A DNA stretch of 64,000 nt, from NCBI RefSeq assembly GCF_009914755.1, contig NC_060928.1; one strand, 5' to 3'. This DNA is from the human T2T-CHM13v2.0 reference genome, Homo sapiens. Under the pieces are notes generated by a model, which worked only from the letters and a program-made list of their open reading frames with translations, searched no databases and was not told the DNA's origin. A program made the translations under genes and the position numbers. Of this stretch, positions 54,689 to 64,000 are shown one piece after another. Every line of letters starts with the position of its first letter. Positions within the stretch are counted from its first letter, which is position 1.

Positions 54689-55010
54689 TTTCTTTTCTTT
54701 CTTTCTTTTTTTTTTTTCCAAAATTAGAGAGACTTGCTCTGTCACCTAGGCTGGAGCATAGTGACATAATCTTGGCTCGCTATAACCTCCAGCTCCTGGG
54801 CTCAAGTGATTCTCTTGCTTCAGCCTCCCGTGTAGCTGAAAATACAGGAACGCACAACCACACCCAGATAATTTTTTATTTTTATTTTTTGTAGAGATGG
54901 GATATCGCTATTTTGCCCAGGCTGGTCTTGAACTCCTGGCCTCAAGCAATACTCCTACCTTGGCCTCCCAAAATGTTGGGGTTACAGGCATGAGCCATAG
55001 CATCTGGCTT
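54689..55010 (-). mobile_element. AluJ
   Basis: TSD CTAAGATTTTCTT at 54676-54688 and 55013-55025. Confidence 0.92.
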
Positions 55011-55025
55011 GCCTAAGATTTTCTT

Positions 55026-56234
55026 TTTTCTTTAACTTTTTTTTAAAATTATACTTTAAGTTTTAGGGTACATGTGCATAACGTGCAGGTTTGTTACATA
55101 TGTATACGTGTGCCATGTGGGTGTGCTGCACCCATTAACTCGTCATTTAGCAGTAGGTATATCTCCTAATGCTATCCCTCCCTCCTCCTCCCACCCCATG
55201 ACAGGCCCCGGTGTGTGATGTTCCCCTTCTTGTGTCCAAGTGTTCTCATTGTTCAATTCCCACTTATGAGTGAGAACATGTGGTGTTTGGTTGTTTGTCC
55301 TTGTGATAGTTTGCTGAGAATGATGGTTTCCAGCTTCATCCATGTCCCTACAAAGGCCATGAACTCATCTTTCTTCATGGCTGCATAGTATTCCATGGTG
55401 TATATGTGCCACATTTTCTTAATCCAGTCTATCATTGTTGGACATTTGGGTTGGTTCCAAGTCTTTGCTATTGTGAATAGTGCCGCAATAAACATACATG
55501 TGCGTGTGTCTTTATAGCAGCATGATTTATAATCCTTTGGGTATATACCCAGTAATGGGATGGCTGGGTCAAATGGTATTTCTAGTTCTAGATCCTTGAG
55601 GAATCGCCACACTGTCTTCCACAATGGTTGAACTAGTTTACAGTCCCACCAACAGTGTCAAAGTGTTCCTATTTCTCCACATCCTCTCCAGCACCTGTTG
55701 TTTCCTGACTTTTTAATGATTGCCATTCTAACTGGTGTGAGATGGTATCTCATCATGGTTTTGATTTGCATTTCTCTGATGGCCAGTGACGATGAGCATT
55801 TTTGCGTGTGTCTTTTGGCTGCATAAATGTCTTCTTTTGAGAAGTGTCTGTTCATATCCTTTGCCCACTTGTTGATGGGGTTGTTCGTTTTTTTCTTGTA
55901 AATTTGCTTGAGTTCTTTGTAGATGCTGGATATTAGCCCTTTGTCAGATGGATAGATTGCAAACATTTTCTCCCATTCTGTAGGTTGCCTGTTCACTCTG
56001 ATGGTAGTTTCTTTTGCTGTGCATAAGCTCTTTAGTTTAATTAGATCCCATTTGTCAATTTTGGCTTTTGTTGCCATTGCTTTTGGTGTTTTAGACATGA
56101 AGTCCTTGCCCATGCCTATGTCCTGAATGGTATTGCCTACGTTTTCTTCTAGGGTTTTTATGGTTTTAGGTCTAACATTTAAGTCTTTAATCCATCTTGC
56201 ATTAATTTTTGTGTAAGGTGTAAGGAAGGGATCC
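55026..56234 (-). mobile_element. 5'-truncated L1PA (1.2 kb), no TSD
   Basis: ORF2 C-terminus peptides ([12 protein letters not shown]), L1 3'UTR, T-rich tail. L1 similarity stops abruptly at GAAGGGATCC. Confidence 0.95.
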
Positions 56235-57033
56235 TGCATGCTCAGTCATTAGTGATCTTCTTGGGCAACTTCAGGTATTGTGTTGCTCCATTGTAACTGT
56301 GAATGGATATTCTTTTTGGACAAGCCTGAAAAGAATGATTGCCAATGAATTACACCTCTCAGGAATGAGGGTTTGGATAAATCACCATGACCTACTCAGT
56401 TGACAGCTGAGGGAGAGAGAAATTTAAAATGGATAATAGAGAAAGGAGAGGATGAGGAGCAGTTGTGGCACTGAGACTAACTGCAGTGACAATTCTTCCC
56501 ACCAGCCTCTCTCTTCAAAGCTTCCTGTCAGAAAGAAAGGTTCAATGCTAAGTAGAGAAGTATATCTGTATGTCGCAAGGCATGGACTTCGGTGGCCATA
56601 AAAATGCACCTGTCAAATCTCCTGCTGCATGGAGAAAAATCCACTAAGAACTCTAGATGCTGCACTTCTGGACCTGGTCCTGTGTTCACACTAGCCCACA
56701 GTTCCCACAGGCTGCTGCCAGCTAATGACTGAGCATGGTGGAGATACGAATGTGGGCCCATCGTTATGAGATGCAAGACCCCCTTAACAGGTGACTTTGA
56801 CTTGTGGACTCCCTGTGGGAATGGCTGAGTCTTTCTTAGAGCTGCTGTCTGAGACTCTACTTACTTCCCCCTCTCCTTCACAGGTGTCAGATCTGCATCA
56901 TGGTCTGAAAACTCTTCCCACTTTCTCTGGCTCTCTTTCCTTTATCCACCATTGCAGTTCCCCCATCCCCAAATACATCTCCTGCATGTCTATTCCTATC
57001 TTGCGTCTGCTTTTCTAGGGACCCAAACTAACA
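56235..57033 (+). mobile_element. ERVL internal 3' remnant plus complete LTR16-like 3' LTR (56590-57033)
   Basis: LTR ends ...TTTTCTAGGGACCCAAACTAACA. The upstream purine-rich segment resembles ERVL-type internal 3' sequence (from memory). Confidence 0.6.
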
Positions 57034-59145
57034 CATTCCCACGTATAGCTCCTCTTCTACATAACCCTTATGCAAAAATTAATTAGATTTTCCTGAACCT
57101 GTCGTGTTCTTTCTCTTCTTGGATCTTTGAAGAAGTAATTTTCTCTGCTGAAACACCTTGACATCTCATATCCAACTGGCAAATTCGTCATCGTTTCTCA
57201 ATATATAACTTCAGTTCTTTAACTACTTGTAAGTATTTGTACAATTTCATTGCAAGCATAGACTTTATCTTGTATTGCTTGGTATCTGTCAGACTCTGGC
57301 ACTATGGTAAACACACAATAAGTACTTTGTAAAGTCTTTTTTTTATCGATTCTATTAAACTGTAGAAGTAAATATATCTTAATTTTTAGTAAAATCATTA
57401 CTTGCATTTATTTTACCAGAAGTCTATTTCCCAAGGGAAAAGCAAGTGAAATTTTCTTGTATGCTTGAGCCTAATGGAGAATATTCAATTTTCCAAAGTA
57501 AGAGTAACATTTATATAGTGTTTACAGAGTAAGAATGCACTTAAGTATACATTTACATCATTTTCAATGACAGGCATGGAATCCCACAATTAGGCTATCT
57601 TCTAAATTATTTAAGCTGGACACATAGGTTGTTTCTAATGTTTTGCTAACACAGATAATGTTACAATAAACATCCTTTAAAAGTGTTTACTTACATTTAT
57701 TATTATTGCTATAGGCTTCTTGGGCTTTCATGCTACCACACTCTGTTGATTTTCCTATTATTATTCTGACTGTTTCTTCTAGTTTTATTCTGCTGGCTCC
57801 TCTTCACCTGCTTGACACCATTCATATACCTGAGTTCTCATATATAGGTGTGCTTTATGTTCATTCTATATATTCTCCATATAAGGATCCTGACCCACCC
57901 CCGATTCCCTGCCAGTCATGCCCTCAATTACCATCTTTTCACTAAATCCATTGTTTGACCAAATATCTTCCTGAATGACAGATGCTCTTATCTTACTATA
58001 GATATTGTATTATTTACATTCTTTGATTGCAAGCAACAGAAACTATGGCTCACTTAATCAAGAGGCAAGTTATTGGCAGGATGTTAGAATTCACAGAACT
58101 TGGAACTAGGCAAGAATTAAGAGGATAAATGATGCAATTATTCTGTAGCAAGAACTCTGCTACATTTTAGTCTCTCCATTAAAGATTCACATGCTTGAAT
58201 GGTATCTGATTGCCCTCCCTAGGATCACCTGCCTCCTCTGTAATTAGTGAGGCAGGTTTTTGATGACGATTGTAATGGATTTTGTCTACTGATGTAGAGA
58301 AAACCCCAGATGTTATAAGAAGTAAGAAATTGATGTTAGGTAGTCAGAAACCAAACCAAACTAAACCTAAACCAAAATAACAAATTAACAGATGTTAATT
58401 TCTTTCCCTAGAGCACTTAAAATTCCATCTTCTTAAAAGGGAAGTCATAGTTTCCCCCAATAAACCCTCTTCTCTTCTACAGTCTTATATTTCACTAAAC
58501 GGTATCCCTACTTATCCAGAGACTTAAGCCAGAAGCCTGGAAGTTCTTCTTGACGCCTTCCTCTTTATTACCCCCTGCTTCTTGATCAATCATTAATTCT
58601 ATCATTCCCACCATCTAAATAACTCCCCGATCCATCTTTGTCTCTCATTTCCACTGCCACCACCCTAGGTAGGCCAAGTAATTGTTTTTCATCTCAATAA
58701 CCAAAAGTCTCCAAGTGGCATATTCTGTTATTCTCTAATCATACTGCAATTGGAGTAATTTTATAAATGAAAATACAATTCCATCAGAACTTCTCTAGAA
58801 AGGTTGTATTAATTTTTATTTAATAGCAATGTATATGGGCCTCTAAGTCCCCATATTCTTTGGATTACTGTGTATTATTAAAAAAAAAACTTTGCCAAGT
58901 AGATTAGTAAAGACTTCCGTCAATTGTTTTAATATAAATTTCTCTAATTATTAGTGAGATTGATGTTTTTCTCATATAATTCTTGATTAGCTATACTACT
59001 TCTTTTGTGTCTTGCATCTTCATGCCCTTTGTCTGATTATTTGTTGCAATATTTACATTTGTATTGATTTAGAATAGTTTTGGGGGTATTTATATTTTTA
59101 TTGACTTAGGATAGTTTTTTTCTTTTTTAAGAATATCAACTATTA

Positions 59146-59280
59146 AGCTGGGTGCAGTGGTGTATGCCTGTGGTCCCAGCTACTCAGGAGACTGAGGTGG
59201 GAGGGTTCCTTGAGCCCAGGAGTTTTAGTCCAGTCTGGGCAACATAGAGAGACCCAGTCCCTAGGGAAAAAAAAAAAAAG
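59146..59280 (+). mobile_element. FLAM_A-like Alu monomer
   Basis: Single arm with poly-A. Confidence 0.8.
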
Positions 59281-59859
59281 AATACTAACTCCTTCTTGGC
59301 CATATTTGTTGCAAATAATTCCCTTTTTTGACTTTTAGTACTATTTTCTGGGCAAAAAGTTCTTATATTTTATATAGTAAAAAATTTAAGCGTTAAATCT
59401 GTCAATTTTGCTTTACGCATTGTGCTTTTGATATCATGTTTTAATATCATGGTAAGAAAGGCCAACCTACTCACAAGATTATGTACAAATTCAGTATGTT
59501 TTTCTTTGATCTTTTTAGGGTTTCAATTTTTACGTTAAATTCTGTCCCATCTGGCTATTTGGAGTGTGTCTGTGTGTTTCTGGTTTGGTGTAGAGAACTC
59601 ATTTTTTTTTTTTTTTAAAGAGTAACTATTGAGATGCTTTAACTGAATTTATGAAAGAATACATTGTTTCTTCAGAGTTGAAATATATGGCCACTTTTAT
59701 CATATACACAATTGTTACATATTATTCACTTGTTTCCGAATAATCAAAAATTCCAAAGTATTATTCAACCGTATTATTCATTTTATTTCTCAGATTTGTA
59801 TCTGCATAATCTTTGGATGCTTTTTAATGAAGATTTTAGCAAGAATTTGTTATAGGAGA

Positions 59860-60232
59860 TTTTATTTTATTTATTTTTTTTGAGATCGGGCCTTGTTTTG
59901 TTGCCCAGGCTGGAGTGCACCGACCTCCTTGGTGTTTCTAGAACAGTCCAGGCATGCTTTCACTTCTGCCTGGAACATACTTATCTCAGGTACCCACATA
60001 GCTGGATCCCTTATCATCTTAATTATTCGCTTGATCATGGCTTGCTGCAGCTTCAACCTCCTAGCCTCAGCCTTAAGTAGGTGGGATTACAGATGCATGC
60101 CACCACATTCGTCTAATTAAAAAAAAAATTGTTTTGGGGGATGGAGCCTGACTTCATTACCCAAGCTGGTTTCAAACTTCTGGGCTCAGGGATCCTCCCA
60201 CCTTGGTCTCCCAAAATGCTGGGATTATAGGA
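59860..60232 (-). mobile_element. AluJ carrying a 105 bp non-Alu insertion
   Basis: Alu sequence breaks after GGAGTGCA and resumes at GATCATGGCT. Confidence 0.9.
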
Positions 60233-61167
60233 AATTTTAAAAGATAGATAATCAAAATGTTTTTAGTGATGGCAGGATAGTGGTAGTAGGTACATAAATT
60301 GTTATTATTGAAAGGATAGCACCCACACAGTTTCATAAATATAGCTTCATAGTAATAAAAAATACGTGTTTAAGAGAAATTTTACTCTTTGAACCACTTT
60401 TGTTAAGTTTTGACTAGCTCATAATTGCTTCACAAAACCTTTTGTTTTGAGTTAGTCAAAACTTTAGAGTGGTTTAAAGAGTAAAATTTCAGATTAAATA
60501 TGTGGCTTGATTGTATTGATCGCTTTCTGCCGCTGCCCCCACCCCTTCCCATGTATGGACATATTTTCCTGTTTCTTTGCATGTTCATTAACTTTTGGTT
60601 GAAAACTGGACATTGCAGGTAATTTGTTGTAGTGACTGTATTCTGTTTTTTTCAGAAGATTGTTGGGTTTTTATTCTAGTAGACAAGTTACTTTACCTGG
60701 ATTCAATACTACACACTTTGTCTCCCCTGTGGTATGCAGCATGTGATATTTCTGCTTTGTCCTTAAAGTTTCTAGCTGCTGATTTTTTTTTTTTTCTTAG
60801 CTTGGCCACTGGGAAGTTTCTCCTATGTTTAAATGGTCTGATTCTTCTCTTCCTTTTCAACTTTGCCTCAAAGTAAACTTATTATAAAACAAAAGTTATT
60901 TATTCGACAAATATTTACTTATTGAAGGCCTACCGTGTGCCAGACACTTAGGACACACTAATAAACAGAATAGAAAAAAAAAAGGACAAAAATTCTACCT
61001 CTGTGGAACTTAAGTTGTAATCGGGAGAGAAAGACAATAAATAGCAAACGATGTATAAGTTAAAAAAGTATGTAAGACAATGATATGGTAAGTGCAGTGG
61101 AATACAATTATGCAGAGTAAGAGGCATCTGGAATGTGTATGGGGGTAGCCAGTGAGTTGCAGTTTTA

Positions 61168-61474
<307 letters not shown>

Positions 61475-61499
61475 AATTATAATGTCAACCTCCAAATTG

Positions 61500-61985
61500 C
61501 CCAACAAAATTTAATATTGGACTTCAATGGCCCACATGGTCTGGTTCCTATAATCTCAGCTGCCTCATTTTGCAGTAGTCTTCTCCCCTGTCCCTCTATC
61601 TGGCCACAGCAACCTCCTTGGTGTTTCTAAAACAGTTCAGGCATGCTTTCACTTCTGCCTCGAGCACACTTATCTCAGATACCCACATAGCTGGATCCCT
61701 TATCATCTTAATTATTTTCAAATGTCACCTTGTCAGTGAGGCCATCTCCAGCCACCTTATTTAAAATTGCTTTATATCTCCTATAGCCTTCCTTCCATCT
61801 CTCTTATTTGATATCTTCTCTCCAATAGCATGTATAAGTATATGTAATATATTGTGTAATATATTTATTTGTTTATTGTCTGTCTCTCTCCCATGGAATG
61901 TAAATTTTATGAGGGCACTGCTCTACCATGTCTGGAACTTACGAGGTACTCCGTACATACTTGTTGAAAGGATAATAAATGAGAG
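61500..61985. mobile_element. L2 fragment
   Basis: CAAATGTCACCTTGTCAGTGAGGCC...TTGTCTGTCTCTCTCCCATGGAATGTAA...TGTTGAAAGGATAATAAATGA is typical L2 3' sequence. Similar L2 pieces occur at ~215-330, ~760-1195 and 60890-61170. Confidence 0.7.
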
Positions 61986-62330
61986 TCTGAGTCTGGATCA
62001 AAGTGGAGAACCTGAAAGGCAGTAGCAGATGGAACCAGGCCTTGTGTGACTTCAGACCTATAAGATAAAATTGTTTTAGATATTCTCCTTAAGTTCATAT
62101 ACATTTGATCACTTTCTGTTTTCTGAAGAAATTCTTGATACCAGACAATGACTGTAAATAGCCGTGGCCACTTTAATGGTTACGATGTCTCCTCACTTTG
62201 GCCTGTGGTATCTCAGGGACCAGTATATTGTGACTTGCTAAGAGATCTCATAATGTATATTTAAAGAACTAGGAAGATTTTTTTGATTTCATAATCATAG
62301 AAAAGAGATTGCACCAATTACTATTGTCTC

Positions 62331-62646
62331 TCCCAAGTTAAGATTACTAGCATTGGAGTTATGTTTATACCTGCACATGTTGATTTCACCATTTTTCATT
62401 AACTATGAAATTTTTGTTTTGAAATTCATCATAGCAGAAAGACAAAAATACACATACTATAGAATCTTTATTGTAGGTGCAATTTTCTTTCCCAAGGCAG
62501 CATTATTACTAGCATTGAAATTATGTTTCTTTTTTATGTTTATGCCCACACGTTTTTATCATTTTTTTACTAGCCATGAAATTTTGATTTTGAAATTTAT
62601 CACAGCAGAAAAATGGATGTTCACACATTATAATATCTCAGTTGTA
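62331..62646. repeat. Old ~159 bp tandem duplication (2 units)
   Basis: TCCCAAG..ATTACTAGCATTG..TTATGTTT..TGAAATTTT..TTTTGAAATT.ATCA.AGCAGAAA occurs at 62331 and again at 62490. Confidence 0.8.
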
Positions 62647-64000
62647 ATCAGCTGAGCATTGGTATAAGCCATGACTTCCAAATGTTGGGAACAGATGCTC
62701 TATGCTAATTTTTATTCCTCTTATCTCCTGTGGAGAAGATTAGGTTGTTATGCAGAAAATGTGGGTCACCCTTTTAGGCATGAAATAGAATGGATTGCTC
62801 TACCATAAACATGATGAATGCTTATACAAGATATGGCTGCCATAATTTATGCTGTACCTGTAAAGTTTCTCTTTAGAGCATATTAAAATTCCACTATTCC
62901 TGTCAGACAGTATTTTAAATATCATTATATAAGATATGTAGCTTATGTTTTGTGCATTTCCTTTACTTACATCCTAGCTGGTCTATCCCATAAATTAAGA
63001 ACTTTAAATATGCCATTTAGAAAATGTATCTGATCCTCATGATTTCTGCGATATTAGCTGGCTTTCTAAGGATTTTGTTTCCTAAGTCACTGACCCCTGG
63101 AATCTTCTAAATGAATACTATTACTACAAGTGTTTAAATTCTTTTGGCATGGGCATTAATATCAAAGACATTATTTTGGTTTTCCATGCTTTTTATAATA
63201 ACACATCAGAGTTATGATTGGTGCATTCCCTATATTGCATTTTTCAAAATGGTTCTCTCTTTTCATTGATTTACTTGACTATATGCTTGTTTGCAGTTTT
63301 CATTACTATTCCATCTGGGTGGGCCAATTAAGAAAGGTAAATTTGCATTTTAGCCCTTAACAGTAACAAATCAGGGCATTATTTATAAATATGTTTAAGT
63401 TGAACCTACACATCAGTGTTGATAAGGGTCAGTCTCTAGAAAGCCATTAGAGTGTTTTTTGAGTCTCTTTATACTGCAGCTTAGCACATTGGAAGATGAG
63501 AACCATTTATCAGTACTGATATATTGAGTTGTTAGAGGTTTATATACCTGGCAGAAAGAGCTTTCTATTGGAAAGCTTGGTATTTGTGAAAGATGACATT
63601 CATCATCCATATGTTCAGCAAATATTTATTAAGAACTTCTGATATGCTTGGTAATGGTCTAGTGACTGATAATTCAAGAAATAAAATCTTGGCTACTATG
63701 GAGCTAATAGGTGAAGACAATAACCAAAGAACATATAAGTATATGATAACTCTGGTAGCAATAAGTGTTATAAAAATACTAGTACAAGCATAGCGTGACT
63801 GGGACTACTTTTGATGGAGTACCAGAGAAAGCTTTTTGAGCAAATGGCATTAAGGCTGAGGTTTAAAAATAAGGAAAATAAGGGGTGCGAAAATCCAAGA
63901 AAATAGTGGTGTGGCTGGATTAAGGAAGTGAATAGTAGAAAATCAGGTTGGAGATTCAGGCAAGGGCCAAATCATGGGGGCCTTGGGAGCCATTGCAAGG

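Overview
Primate genomic DNA, very likely human. No intact protein-coding exon is present, and almost all ORF-track entries are Alu, L1 or Tigger artefacts. A CpG island at ~7650-9300 is a bidirectional promoter. On the minus strand it holds a non-coding first exon (donor at 8226) whose sequence I recognise from memory as the WDFY3 5'UTR. On the plus strand it starts a spliced divergent lncRNA consistent with WDFY3-AS2: exon 1 to 9145, exon 2 at 11743-11894, and a probable exon 3 from 46249 inside a MaLR LTR. The rest is a dense stack of repeats: about 26 Alus, three L1PA copies, a near full-length Tigger1, MaLR/ERVL LTRs, L2 and MIR. The most notable structure is a head-to-head inverted pair of L1PA elements (22717-26127 minus; 29225-35402 plus, full length). 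Each has its own intact TSD, yet they share a ~686 bp homogenised tract with private mutations, i.e. apparent gene conversion between inverted LINEs. Other notable events: a 105 bp locally templated insertion inside an Alu, an apparent L1-insertion-mediated deletion of an LTR16/ERVL provirus at a twice-used endonuclease site, and three overlapping uORFs in WDFY3 exon 1. I found no evidence of a genuinely new gene system. Repeat subfamily names and gene identities are from memory, not from database searches.
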